A stretch of DNA of 32,000 nt, taken from NCBI RefSeq assembly GCF_000195955.2, contig NC_000962.3:210001-242000 (forward strand). Direction: 5' to 3'. Shown piece by piece: positions 1 to 11,785 of the stretch. A program made the translations under genes and the position numbers. Each line of letters begins with the position of its first letter. Positions within the stretch are counted from its first letter, which is position 1. Under the pieces are notes generated by a model that saw only the letters and a list, made by a program, of their open reading frames with translations, had not been told where the DNA came from and searched no databases. The DNA is from Mycobacterium tuberculosis H37Rv (GTDB lineage: Bacteria > Actinomycetota > Actinomycetes > Mycobacteriales > Mycobacteriaceae).

Positions 1-812
1 AGCTGGCCGGTATTGCCGGGGGATAACAGCCCGATTCCGGCCACGGCGACGAACCGTGCATTCTTGTTGAGCAAGTCCTCGATCACCGGAGTGGCAAGAT
101 CGTAGTCCTGTCTGCTTTTGGGCCGCAAAACATACGGTGCACCACCGACCGGAAGGATCATCGTCGTCAGCGAGCTCCACAACTCATTTCCTCCGGAAAG
201 GCCCTGCTTTCCGGCGTAGGCGACGGTGCCGGTGACCGCTTGGTTGGCGCGTCCTTGTCCGCGGGTGTTGTCCACGTAGGCGCCCAGCGGTGAGCTGCAG
301 CCGGTCGACCGCCAGCTGCCCCCCTTTTGTCCGCGAACGTCGAAGAAGTTGGCGTTGACCGCAATGGTGGGTCGCCCCATACGCTGCCACGCCTTAAGCG
401 GCGGGTAGATCTCGGAGGCTTGCCACAAGCCTTCACCGGTGCGAGCACCTGGGTTGTGTTCGCAGCGCGCCTGGTCTCCAGTGTGGGTGTCTACCAGTAG
501 ATGTGGTGAAAGCCGTTGGGAGGCATTCTTGATGATCATCAGATGGCCGCCGTTGTTCATCTCGTACCAGTGACCACCTGCGTTGAGCAGCGGCATAGGA
601 TGACCGCCGCCGAAGTTGTACACCAGGTATGAGCCCCTGGTGGTGGCTATCGCTTGGGCGAGCATCTCGCGCCCGTCGGCGGCGCGGGCGGCCGGCTGCC
701 CGGTGGTGCAGGCGAGGGCGGCGCACACCGCCAACGCGGCGTAGCAAGCCGTCAATCGGCGCAGGCTGGCAGTCGGTGTCAGCACAGCAACCCTCTCGGC
801 CCGAATCCACAT
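1..812 (-). CDS. lprO: LprO-like lipoprotein (Rv0179c ortholog), partial; C-terminus runs off the window start
   Basis: Open frame on the minus strand from ATG at 812 to the window edge: MWIRAERVAVLTPTASLRRLTACYAALAVCAALACTTGQPAARAADG..., with signal peptide and lipobox LAC, then ...PTIAVNANFFDVRGQKGGSW... The reading frame stays open to position 1. Confidence 0.85.
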   Translation of the reverse strand, partial: MWIRAERVAVLTPTASLRRLTACYAALAVCAALACTTGQPAARAADGREMLAQAIATTRGSYLVYNFGGGHPMPLLNAGGHWYEMNNGGHLMIIKNASQRLSPHLLVDTHTGDQARCEHNPGARTGEGLWQASEIYPPLKAWQRMGRPTIAVNANFFDVRGQKGGSWRSTGCSSPLGAYVDNTRGQGRANQAVTGTVAYAGKQGLSGGNELWSSLTTMILPVGGAPYVLRPKSRQDYDLATPVIEDLLNKNARFVAVAGIGLLSPGNTGQ

Positions 813-891
813 GCAACCATCCCAGCATTAGGCACACTGATCACACTGTCAACTTCAGTAACAGCTGCGTGACGGTTCGGCCGCGTTCGAA

Positions 892-2250
892 TTACGGTTG
901 TTCGCTTGAGCTTTCGCGTGCGCTTTGGCGAGCTTGGTATTGAGCTTGGTGTTCCACGGCGATCGCCATCTCGACCGCTCCCGGAATTCGGTGGAAGCTG
1001 CTGCGGTCGTACAGGTGTGTGATGAATCCACCCAGCAACAGCCCGATGATCAGCCCGATCGACGTCATGGTCAGGGCCTGGGACAGGCCGGCGTCGGCGT
1101 TTCCGTTCAGATACAGCAGTGACCGCACACCTAGGAACACCTGGTGCATCGGCTCGAATTGAGCCAACCAGCGGAAGAACGCTGGTACGGCTTCCAGCGG
1201 GACGGTCGCGCCCGCCGACGGCAATCCGAGGATGACGAAGATCAACATGCTGACCAACAGGCCCATCGAGCCCAGCACCGCGATCAGCGAGCTGGACGTG
1301 ACGCCGACCGCTATGATCGCGAATACTCCGTAGAGCCATACTTGCCACCCGAGCGGAATCGGCATGCCCAGGCCGTGGGCGATCGCCAGGTAGACACCCG
1401 AGGTGAGCAACGCCAGCACCACCATCACCGCCCACTTGACCAACAGCGTACGGAAGCGAGAGATGTTGACCTGCTCGGCGAAGCGATAGACGGGGCCGAA
1501 TTCGGCTGGTACATAGCCAAGCATCGAGTCCACCAGGGTGCTCACCACGATGCTGCCGGTAAAGCCCGCCAATAGCAGCAAGAGGGCGTAGTAAAACGCC
1601 GACAGCCCGTTGCCGGTGCCGTTGGGCAGTGGGTTATAGGCGGTGGATTTGACATCGATGGGACTGGCCAGCCCGGCCGCCGCCGCCCCGGCCAGTGCCA
1701 CACCGCCGGTCTGGGCCGCTACCTCCGCGGTAAGTCGCTCGCCCACTTTGCCGTTGACCACCGTCAGTGCCCGGGTCAGCGTCTGGCCGGCGATGCTAGC
1801 TGCCAGCGTGCCCGCCCGCGGATTCGTTGAGATCGTGATCGCGGGCCGGTCTGTGCGGGTTGGCGTCACCGCACTCGCCCCGAAGTCCCGTAGCTGCGAC
1901 GAGAAGGTCGGCGGTATCAGCGCCGAGCCGTACACCGCCGCGGTGTCGAGCAGCCGCCTGGCCTCGTCCGGCGAAACCACTCGGATGTCGAACTTGTTCT
2001 TGTCCAAGCCGGAAACCAGACCGTCGACAATCTGCTGGCCCGCGGGCCCGGCGTCCTCGTTCACCAACGCGATTGGGAAATGCCGCAAATTGGTCATGGG
2101 GTTTAGGATGCCGCCCAGATAGAGCGCGGCCAGCGCCGACATCAGGGCCAACGTGGTGGCGATCGGTGCCATCCAGAAACGCACCGTCCGAATCGCTTTG
2201 ACGTTCCGCTTGGGGTTGGGTGCGGCGGGGCGCGGCTGCGCTTGAGACAT
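892..2250 (-). CDS. Conserved multi-pass membrane protein, YhgE/Pip-like (Rv0180c ortholog), 452 aa
   Basis: ORF MSQAQPRPAAPNPKRNVKAIRTVRFWMAP...; N-terminal TM, large extracytoplasmic region, C-terminal cluster of TM helices; TAA stop at 892-894. Confidence 0.85.
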   Translation of the reverse strand: MSQAQPRPAAPNPKRNVKAIRTVRFWMAPIATTLALMSALAALYLGGILNPMTNLRHFPIALVNEDAGPAGQQIVDGLVSGLDKNKFDIRVVSPDEARRLLDTAAVYGSALIPPTFSSQLRDFGASAVTPTRTDRPAITISTNPRAGTLAASIAGQTLTRALTVVNGKVGERLTAEVAAQTGGVALAGAAAAGLASPIDVKSTAYNPLPNGTGNGLSAFYYALLLLLAGFTGSIVVSTLVDSMLGYVPAEFGPVYRFAEQVNISRFRTLLVKWAVMVVLALLTSGVYLAIAHGLGMPIPLGWQVWLYGVFAIIAVGVTSSSLIAVLGSMGLLVSMLIFVILGLPSAGATVPLEAVPAFFRWLAQFEPMHQVFLGVRSLLYLNGNADAGLSQALTMTSIGLIIGLLLGGFITHLYDRSSFHRIPGAVEMAIAVEHQAQYQARQSARESSSEQP

Positions 2251-2276
2251 GCGGGCTCCTGTCTGTCGTGGCCACT

Positions 2277-3011
2277 CTATGTTGCCGAATCGCCCAGCTT
2301 CGCGTGCATCTCCCAGATCAGTACTTCCGACGGCTCATTGGCGGTCAGGCCGCGGGCGTCAGCGTCGGTGAACCGCACCGCGTCCCCGTCGGCAAGCTCG
2401 CCGCCACCTTCCAGAGTGAGGCGGCCGTAGGCGACGAACAGATGCAGGAAGGGTGCGCAGGGCAGGCTGACCGTAGCGCCGGGCCGCAGCCGCGCGCCGT
2501 GCAACGAGGCGCTGCTGTTATGCAGGGTGAGCGCTGCGTCTTGCCCGGGTATGCCCGACGCGATGGTTACCAGGCCGGCGCGCAACAGTTCGTCGTCTAT
2601 CTCCTGCTGTTGGTAGCTGGCAGTGATGCCGGTTGCATCGGGTATTACCCACATCTGCACGAAATGCACCGGCTCGGTAGCAGAATCGTTCATTTCCGAA
2701 TGCAAGATTCCGGTGCCGGCCGACATGCGTTGGGCCAGACCGGGATAGATCACTCCGCTATTGCCGGCGGAATCCTGGTGTCTGAGCGCTCCCCGCAGCA
2801 CCCAGGTCACGATTTCCATGTCACGGTGTGGATGGGGATCAAAACCCGAAGCCGGTTCCATTTGGTCGTCGTTGTTCACCAACAGGAGCCCGTGGTGGGT
2901 GTTGTCGGGATCGTAGTGGTCGCCGAATGAGAACGAATGCCGGGATTTCAGCCAGGACGTCGTGGTGACCGCCCGGTCGGCCGCACGCCTTATCTCGACG
3001 GTGGCGGTCAT
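2277..3011 (-). CDS. Pirin-like bicupin protein (Rv0181c ortholog), 244 aa
   Basis: MTATVEIRRAADRAVTTTSWLKSRHSFSFGDHYDP...GFDPHPHRDMEIVTWVLRGALRHQDSAGNSGVI is the pirin N-cupin signature; ATG at 3011. Confidence 0.88.
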   Translation of the reverse strand: MTATVEIRRAADRAVTTTSWLKSRHSFSFGDHYDPDNTHHGLLLVNNDDQMEPASGFDPHPHRDMEIVTWVLRGALRHQDSAGNSGVIYPGLAQRMSAGTGILHSEMNDSATEPVHFVQMWVIPDATGITASYQQQEIDDELLRAGLVTIASGIPGQDAALTLHNSSASLHGARLRPGATVSLPCAPFLHLFVAYGRLTLEGGGELADGDAVRFTDADARGLTANEPSEVLIWEMHAKLGDSAT

Positions 3012-3027
3012 GACGTCACGTTCGCCA

Positions 3028-4927
<1,900 letters not shown>

Positions 4928-4968
4928 GCCGAGCCGACCTGTCGCAGCCCTCCACTAGTTTTGGCGCC

Positions 4969-5718
4969 ATGACCAACGACAAGATGCTGGCCCGCATCGC
5001 AGCCCTGCTGCGCCAGGCCGAAGGCACCGACAACCCGCACGAGGCCGACGCGTTCATGAGCACCGCACAACGGTTGGCCACGGCGGCATCCATCGACCTG
5101 GCGGTGGCCCGGTCGCACGCGGGCAACCGTTCACCCGCGCAGGCCCCGACACAGCGCACCATCACCATCGGGGCGGCGGGCACCCGCGGATTGCGGACCT
5201 ATGTGCAGCTCTTCGTGCTCATCGCGGCGGCCAACGACGTGCGCTGCGACGTGGCATCGAATTCGACGTTCGTGTACGCCTACGGGTTCGCCGAGGACAT
5301 CGACACCAGCCACGCCCTATACGCCAGCCTGGTGGTCCAGATGGTCCGGGCATCCGACGCCTACCTCGCCTCGGGAGCGCACCGGCCCACGCCGACGATC
5401 ACCGCCCGACTCAACTTCCAGCTGGCGTTCGGCGCCCGGGTCGGCCAGCGCTTGGCCGATGCCCGAGAGCAGACTCGGCAGGAAGCCACCAAGGACCGTG
5501 ATCGTCCGCCTGGTACCGCAATTGCCCTGCGGGACAAGGACATCGAGCTGCATGAGTACTACCGTCGTTCCTCTAAGGCGCGCGGCGCCTGGCGAGCCAG
5601 CCGGGCCACCGCGGGATACTCGTCGGCGGCACGGCGCGCCGGTGATCGAGCGGGACGGCAAGCACGACTCGGGAACAACCCCGAGCTGCCCGGGGCACGG
5701 GCCGCGCTGGGCCGGTGA
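4969..5718 (+). CDS. DUF2786-type protein of unknown function (Rv0184 ortholog), 249 aa
   Basis: ATG at 4969: MTNDKMLARIAALLRQAEGTDNPHEADAFMSTAQRLATAASIDL..., typical of the DUF2786 N-terminus. Confidence 0.85.
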   Translation: MTNDKMLARIAALLRQAEGTDNPHEADAFMSTAQRLATAASIDLAVARSHAGNRSPAQAPTQRTITIGAAGTRGLRTYVQLFVLIAAANDVRCDVASNSTFVYAYGFAEDIDTSHALYASLVVQMVRASDAYLASGAHRPTPTITARLNFQLAFGARVGQRLADAREQTRQEATKDRDRPPGTAIALRDKDIELHEYYRRSSKARGAWRASRATAGYSSAARRAGDRAGRQARLGNNPELPGARAALGR

Positions 5719-6224
5719 TCGGCGCGGACGTTCCGCGGGATTCCCAGCGTGCCAGGGTGTACGCGGCCGAGGCGTTCGTCCGGACCTTGTTCGACCGCGT
5801 CACCGCACACGGCTCACCGACGGTGGAGTTCTTCGGTACCCAGTTGACGCTGCCCCCAGAAGGTCGGTTCGGTTCGGTGGCATCGGTGCAGCGTTATGTG
5901 GACGACGTGCTTGCGCTACCGGCGGTAGGGCAGAACTGGCCGACGGTGTCGCCGGTGCGCGTGCGGGCGCGCCGGGCGGCCACCGCGGCGCACTATGAAA
6001 ACCATGGCGGCACAGGCACTATTGCGGTACCCGACCGGCACACCGCCGGTTGGGCGATGCGCGAGTTGGTCGTGCTACACGAAGTGGCGCATCATTTGTG
6101 CCAGGTGCCACCGCCACACGGACCCGAGTTTGTGGCGACGGTGTGCACCCTGACAGAGCTGGTGATGGGACCCGAAGTTGGTCACGTGTTTCGCGTCGTC
6201 TACGCGCAGGAGGGCGTGCGCTGA
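5715..6224 (+). CDS. Putative zinc metallo-hydrolase with HExxH motif (Rv0185 ortholog), 169 aa
   Basis: GTG start overlapping the upstream stop (GTGA at 5715-5718); LVVLHEVAHHLCQVPPPHGPEFVATVCTL contains HEVAH plus a downstream HGPEF motif. Confidence 0.82.
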   Translation: MIGADVPRDSQRARVYAAEAFVRTLFDRVTAHGSPTVEFFGTQLTLPPEGRFGSVASVQRYVDDVLALPAVGQNWPTVSPVRVRARRAATAAHYENHGGTGTIAVPDRHTAGWAMRELVVLHEVAHHLCQVPPPHGPEFVATVCTLTELVMGPEVGHVFRVVYAQEGVR

Positions 6225-6268
6225 ACGAGCTAGACGCCGACCTGCGGGCACGTGAGGTCGAGGCCCAG

Positions 6269-8344
6269 ATGACCGACGACGAGCGATTCTCACTGTTGGT
6301 CGGCCTGACCGGGGCCAGCGATCTGTGGCCGGTGCGCGATGAACGCATCCCACAGGGCGTGCCGATGTGTGCCGGGTATGTGCCGGGGATTCCCCGGCTC
6401 GGGGTCCCGGCCTTGTTGATGAGCGATGCCGGTCTGGGCGTCACCAACCCTGGCTACCGCCCCGGTGACACCGCTACGGCGCTGCCCGCCGGCCTTGCCC
6501 TAGCGGCCAGCTTTAACCCGGTGCTGGCCCGGTCCTCGGGCAAAGCGATCGGCCGGGAGGCGCGCAGTCGCGGGTTCAACGTGCAACTGGCCGGCGCAAT
6601 CAATCTGGCGCGCGACCCGCGTAACGGCCGCAACTTCGAGTACCTTTCCGAGGACCCGTTGTTGAGTGCCACGATGGCCGCGGAGTCGATCATCGGGATT
6701 CAGCAGCAGGGTGTCATTGCGACGACGAAACACTTCTCGCTGAACTGCAACGAAACCAATCGGCACTGGCTGGACGCGGTCATCGATCCCGACGCGCACC
6801 GCGAGTCGGACTTGTTGGCGTTCGAGATCGTCATCGAGCGGTCGCAGCCCGGCGCCGTGATGGCGGCGTACAACAAGGTCAACGGAGATTACGCTGCCGG
6901 CAACGACCACTTGCTCAACGACGTGCTGAAAGGTGCTTGGGGATACCGCGGTTGGGTGATGTCGGATTGGGGCGGAACACCCAGCTGGGAGTGCGCGCTG
7001 GCCGGCCTGGACCAAGAGTGCGGTGCGCAGATCGATGCAGTGCTGTGGCAGTCGGAAGCATTCACCGACCGCCTGCGTGCCGCCTACGCCGACGGCAATC
7101 TACCCAAGGGGCGCCTGTCGGACATGGTACGGCGGATCCTGCGGTCGATGTTTGCCGTCGGAATCGACCGATGGAAACCAGCGCCGGCGCCGGACATGAA
7201 TGCGCACAACGAGATTGCCGCACAGATGGCGCGGCAAGGAATCGTGCTGCTGCAAAACCGAGGGCTGCTGCCGCTCGCTCCCGAATCGGCCGGGCGTATT
7301 GCCGTCATCGGCGGCTATGCACACCTCGGTGTGCCAGCCGGTTACGGTTCGAGCGCCGTCACCCCGCCGGGGGGCTATGCGGGCGTGATACCGATCGGTG
7401 GGTCTGGCTTGGCAGCCGGGTTGCGTAATCTCTACCTGCTGCCGTCAAGCCCGCTGAGTGAGTTGCGAAAGCGGTTGCCCAACGCGCAGTTCGAGTTCGA
7501 TCCTGGCATCAACCCGGCGGAGGCGGTGCTGGCTGCGCGGCGAGCAGACATCGCGATCGTGTTCGCGATCCGTGCCGAAGGAGAGGGCTTCGACAGCGCC
7601 GATCTGTCGCTGCCATGGGGTCAGGATGCGCTGATCGCCGCAGTCGCGTCCGCCAACGCGAATACCGTTGTGGTGCTTGAGACGGGCAACCCGGTGACCA
7701 TGCCCTGGCGCGACTCGGTGAACGCCATCATGCAGGCCTGGTATCCGGGCCAGGCGGGTGGCCAGGCCGTTGCGGAGATTGTGACCGGGCAGGTGAATCC
7801 TTCGGGCCGGCTGCCGATCACCTTCCCGGTCGATCTCGGTCAGACGCCACGCTCGCAACCGCCCGAGCTCGGTGCCCCGTGGGGGACATCGACCACGATC
7901 CACTACACCGAGGGCGCCGATGTTGGTTACCGCTGGTTTGCCAGCACAAATCAGACCCCGATGTTCGCGTTCGGTCACGGCTTGTCCTATACCAGTTTCG
8001 AGTATCGTGACCTGGTGGTGACGGGCGGCCACACCGTGCACGCCAGTTTCAGCGTTACCAACACGGGCGACCGCAGCGGGGCGGATGTCCCGCAGCTGTA
8101 TATGATCGCAGCTCCCGGCGAATCGCGGTTGCGGTTGCTGGGATTCGAGCGGGTCGAGCTCGAACCCGGCCAGACTCGGCGGGTAAGGATCGAGGCGGAC
8201 CCGCGACTGCTCGCCCGCTACGACGGCGAGGCCAGAAGCTGGCGCATCGAGCCGGGCGGTTACACGGTGGCGGTGGGCGCTTCGGCGGTAGCGCTGAAGC
8301 TGGCAGCCAAGGTCAAGCTGGCCGGCCGTGGGTTCGGGCGGTGA
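6269..8344 (+). CDS. bglS: Glycoside hydrolase family 3 beta-glucosidase (Rv0186 ortholog), 691 aa
   Basis: GH3 features: GWVMSDWGGT nucleophile region, KHFSLNCNETNR, C-terminal fibronectin-III-like SFSVTNTGDRSGADVPQLYM. A non-canonical start further upstream is possible (see findings). Confidence 0.9.
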   Translation: MTDDERFSLLVGLTGASDLWPVRDERIPQGVPMCAGYVPGIPRLGVPALLMSDAGLGVTNPGYRPGDTATALPAGLALAASFNPVLARSSGKAIGREARSRGFNVQLAGAINLARDPRNGRNFEYLSEDPLLSATMAAESIIGIQQQGVIATTKHFSLNCNETNRHWLDAVIDPDAHRESDLLAFEIVIERSQPGAVMAAYNKVNGDYAAGNDHLLNDVLKGAWGYRGWVMSDWGGTPSWECALAGLDQECGAQIDAVLWQSEAFTDRLRAAYADGNLPKGRLSDMVRRILRSMFAVGIDRWKPAPAPDMNAHNEIAAQMARQGIVLLQNRGLLPLAPESAGRIAVIGGYAHLGVPAGYGSSAVTPPGGYAGVIPIGGSGLAAGLRNLYLLPSSPLSELRKRLPNAQFEFDPGINPAEAVLAARRADIAIVFAIRAEGEGFDSADLSLPWGQDALIAAVASANANTVVVLETGNPVTMPWRDSVNAIMQAWYPGQAGGQAVAEIVTGQVNPSGRLPITFPVDLGQTPRSQPPELGAPWGTSTTIHYTEGADVGYRWFASTNQTPMFAFGHGLSYTSFEYRDLVVTGGHTVHASFSVTNTGDRSGADVPQLYMIAAPGESRLRLLGFERVELEPGQTRRVRIEADPRLLARYDGEARSWRIEPGGYTVAVGASAVALKLAAKVKLAGRGFGR

Positions 8345-8389
8345 CGGGCCGGCCCAGCGAGGCCCGTACCCACGACCGGCATGATAGGT

Positions 8390-8551
8390 CTACTTGACCG
8401 GGGCCAATTCGTCGCCGCAGGTGCAGCGGTAGGCGTCACCGGCGCCAGCACAGTGGCATGGGACTTCGATGCGAACCCGACAGCCACAGCCCTCGTGGCT
8501 GCAGGTCAGCAAGGTCCCAGCCTCGTAGTTCGTCATTCGTATCACCCTCAT
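8390..8551 (-). CDS. mymT: Copper-binding metallothionein MymT (Rv0186A ortholog), 53 aa
   Basis: Manually translated on the minus strand: [53 protein letters not shown], 7 Cys. It was not in the ORF track because of its small size. A RicR-type box lies upstream. Confidence 0.93.
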
Positions 8552-8621
8552 CCGTGTCGGGGATCCCCGAGGAATCCCAGGTGGTCAGCTGTCGGTAATC
8601 CAGAACAGCTACTTAAATATA

Positions 8622-8636
8622 TACCCTATACGGGTA
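8622..8636 (-). promoter_or_regulatory. RicR-type copper-responsive operator upstream of mymT
   Basis: TACCC-TATAC-GGGTA, a 5+5 inverted repeat about 70 bp upstream of the mymT start; same architecture as the box upstream of Rv0190 in this window. Confidence 0.8.
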
Positions 8637-8704
8637 TCTGGTAAACCCCCAGGCCGGTGGGCGGTTGCCTGCTGGCGCGCGACGGTCGGTGGTCGCGCTA
8701 GCGT

Positions 8705-9367
8705 TTGGGCATGGACCAGCAACCCAACCCGCCCGACGTCGACGCATTTTTGGACAGCACACTGGTCGGCGACGATCCGGCGTTAGCCGCGGCATTGGCG
8801 GCCAGCGACGCGGCCGAGTTACCCCGCATCGCGGTGTCGGCACAGCAGGGCAAGTTCCTGTGCCTGCTGGCCGGTGCCATCCAGGCGCGCCGCGTCCTCG
8901 AGATCGGCACACTCGGTGGCTTCAGCACCATTTGGCTGGCGCGTGGCGCGGGCCCACAGGGACGGGTGGTCACGCTGGAATACCAGCCCAAGCACGCTGA
9001 GGTCGCCCGGGTGAACCTGCAGCGAGCGGGCGTCGCCGATCGGGTGGAGGTGGTCGTCGGTCCGGCGCTGGACACGTTGCCGACGTTGGCCGGTGGCCCG
9101 TTCGACCTGGTGTTCATCGACGCCGACAAAGAGAACAACGTCGCATATATTCAGTGGGCGATCCGGTTGGCCCGGCGCGGCGCAGTGATCGTGGTGGACA
9201 ACGTTATTCGTGGCGGCGGGATTCTTGCTGAGTCCGACGATGCCGACGCAGTGGCGGCACGTCGGACGCTGCAAATGATGGGTGAGCACCCCGGCCTAGA
9301 CGCCACGGCGATCCAGACCGTCGGGCGCAAGGGCTGGGACGGTTTCGCCCTCGCTTTGGTGCGGTAG
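8705..9367 (+). CDS. SAM-dependent O-methyltransferase, CCoAOMT-like (Rv0187 ortholog), 220 aa
   Basis: VLEIGTLGGFSTIWLARG SAM motif, FDLVFIDADKENNVAYIQWAI; TTG start at 8705 or ATG at 8711. Confidence 0.9.
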   Translation: MGMDQQPNPPDVDAFLDSTLVGDDPALAAALAASDAAELPRIAVSAQQGKFLCLLAGAIQARRVLEIGTLGGFSTIWLARGAGPQGRVVTLEYQPKHAEVARVNLQRAGVADRVEVVVGPALDTLPTLAGGPFDLVFIDADKENNVAYIQWAIRLARRGAVIVVDNVIRGGGILAESDDADAVAARRTLQMMGEHPGLDATAIQTVGRKGWDGFALALVR

Positions 9368-9485
9368 CCGCTGGTCCGGCGCCCAATTTTCGTTGCTGGC
9401 ATCCCGAAAACGGGCGTAATCTTGGAGCAGATGGATGGGTGGCAGCGAGCCCAAAAGTTTTGCTGCATAACAGAAAGGTTGCAAA

Positions 9486-9917
9486 ATGAGTACAGTCCAT
9501 TCATCAATTGATCAACACCCTGATTTGTTGGCTCTGCGTGCCAGCTTCGACCGCGCCGCCGAGTCGACGATCGCGCATTTCACATTCGGTCTGGCCCTGC
9601 TGGCGGGCCTGTATGTGGCTGCATCGCCGTGGATCGTCGGCTTCAGCGCCACCAGAGGGCTGCCAACGTGTGACCTTATCGTGGGGATCGCGGTCGCGTA
9701 CTTGGCGTATGGGTTCGCGTCGGCCCTGGATCGCACACACGGCATGACCTGGACGCTACCCGTGCTCGGTGTGTGGGTCATTTTCTCGCCGTGGGTGCTA
9801 CCAGGGGTCGCGGTGACGGCTGGCATGATGTGGTCGCACATCATCGCAGGTGCGGTGGTAGCCGTCCTGGGCTTCTACTTCGGGATGCGCACGCGGGCCG
9901 CGGCTAACCAAGGATAG
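9486..9917 (+). CDS. Small membrane protein with SPW-type repeats (Rv0188 ortholog), 143 aa
   Basis: MSTVHSSIDQHPDLLALRASFDRAAES...; four predicted TM helices; AASPWIVG and FSPWVLPG repeat motifs. Confidence 0.85.
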   Translation: MSTVHSSIDQHPDLLALRASFDRAAESTIAHFTFGLALLAGLYVAASPWIVGFSATRGLPTCDLIVGIAVAYLAYGFASALDRTHGMTWTLPVLGVWVIFSPWVLPGVAVTAGMMWSHIIAGAVVAVLGFYFGMRTRAAANQG

Positions 9918-9954
9918 TTCGAAGTTCGCGAGCCAGAGGGCAACTCGGGAATGT

Positions 9955-9979
9955 CCTGGCCGGGGCGGTCCCGGCCAGG
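9955..9979. terminator. Strong hairpin between convergent Rv0188 and ilvD, candidate bidirectional terminator
   Basis: CCTGGCCGGG-GCGGT-CCCGGCCAGG, a perfect 10-bp stem with 5-nt loop in the convergent intergenic region; no U-tract. Confidence 0.5.
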
Positions 9980-9995
9980 CAGCGGCTAGTTGCGG

Positions 9996-11723
9996 CTAGC
10001 CGCAGACCGCGCCGACCGCGGCAGAGCTGACCAGCTTGACGTACTTGGACAGTACGCCAGTAGTGTAGCGCGGCGGTGGAGGACTGAAATCCTGTTGTCG
10101 GGACGCGAATTCGGCCGGATCGGCCAACACATCGAGAACGCGGCCGGCCACGTCGAGCCGGATCCGGTCGCCGTTGCGCAGAAGTGCGATCGGTCCGCCG
10201 TCGACCGCCTCCGGTGCGATGTGGCCAACGCACAGGCCGGTGGTTCCACCGGAGAACCGGCCGTCGGTCAGCAGTAGAACATCTTTACCGAGTCCTGCGC
10301 CTTTGATCGCGCCTGTGATGGCGAGCATTTCGCGCATCCCGGGGCCGCCCTTGGGTCCTTCGTACCGGATTACCACGGCGTCGCCCACGGTAATGGTGCC
10401 ATCCTCAAGGGCGTCCAGCGCAGCGCGCTCGCCGTCGAAAACTCTTGCGGTGCCTTCGAATACGTCGGAATCGAATCCGGCGGTCTTGACCACCGCACCT
10501 TCGGGTGCCAGCGATCCGTGCAGGATGGTGATGCCACCGCTCGGGTGGATCGGGTTTGCCAACGCACGTAGCACCTTGCCATCTGGATCCGGCGGGGTGA
10601 TGGCAGCCAGATTCTCGGCCATGGTGTGACCGGTAACCGTCAGGCAGTCGCCGTGTAGCAGACCGGCGTCCAGCAGCGCCTTCATAACCACCGGCACACC
10701 GCCGATGTGATCGACGTCGGACATCACATGGCGGCCGAACGGCTTGACATCGGCCAAATGCGGCACCCCCGACCCGATCCGGCTGAAGTCCTGAAGCGAT
10801 AGTGCGACGTTGGCCTCGTGGGCGATGGCCAGCAGATGCAGCACCGCGTTGGTCGAGCCGCCGAACGCCATTACCACCGCGATGGCGTTCTCGAACGCCT
10901 CCTTGGTGAGGATGTCGCGGGCGGTGATGCCGCGGCGCAGCAGCTCGACGACGGCCTGACCGCTGCGACGCGCGAACCCGTCGCGCCGGCGGTCGGTCGC
11001 CGGCGGTGCCGCGCTGCCCGGCAACGACATGCCGAGCGCCTCGGCGGCGCTGGCCATGGTGTTAGCGGTGTACATGCCGCCGCATGCCCCTTCGCCGGGG
11101 CAGATTGCCCGCTCGATGGCATCGACGTCGGCGCGACTCATCAAACCGCGAGAGCACGCTCCGACCGCCTCGAAGGCGTCAATGATGGTGACGTCTCGTT
11201 CGCTACCGTCGGAGAGCTTGGCCCGGCCGGGCAAAATAGAGCCCGCGTAGAGGAACACCGCCGCCAGATCCAGTCGTGCGGCGGCCATCAGCATTCCGGG
11301 CAGCGATTTGTCGCATCCGGCCAGCAGCACCGAACCGTCGAGTCGTTCGGCCTGCATCACGACTTCGACGCTGTCGGCGATCACCTCACGGGAAACCAGC
11401 GAGAAGTGCATCCCCTCATGACCCATGGAGATGCCGTCCGAAACCGAGATCGTGCCGAACTCAAGCGGATAGCCGCCGGCCGAAAACACCCCCTCCTTGA
11501 CCGCGTTGGCCAGCCGGTCCAATGAGAGATTGCACGGCGTGATTTCGTTCCACGACGACGCGACCCCGATCTGTGGCTTCGCGAAGTCTTCGTCGTCCAT
11601 GCCCACCGCCCTCAACATGCCCCGGGCAGCGGCCTTCTCCAGGCCGTCGGTGACGTCTCGACTGCGGGGCTTGATGTCGGCGACCGTCGAGACGGAAGCG
11701 GCTTCGTCGGTGGTTTGCGGCAT
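9996..11723 (-). CDS. ilvD: Dihydroxy-acid dehydratase (Rv0189c ortholog), 575 aa
   Basis: [41 protein letters not shown]; full-length IlvD family. Confidence 0.97.
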
Positions 11724-11785
11724 TGTTCAAGTATGCGGCCCAAGGATGCGCTCGCCGCGGCACGGTTGCCAAATTCTAGGTCCGA

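Noticed and set aside
9403-9414. CCCG-AAAA-CGGG mini-palindrome between Rv0187 and Rv0188
   Set aside because: A 4-bp stem is expected by chance in this GC content.
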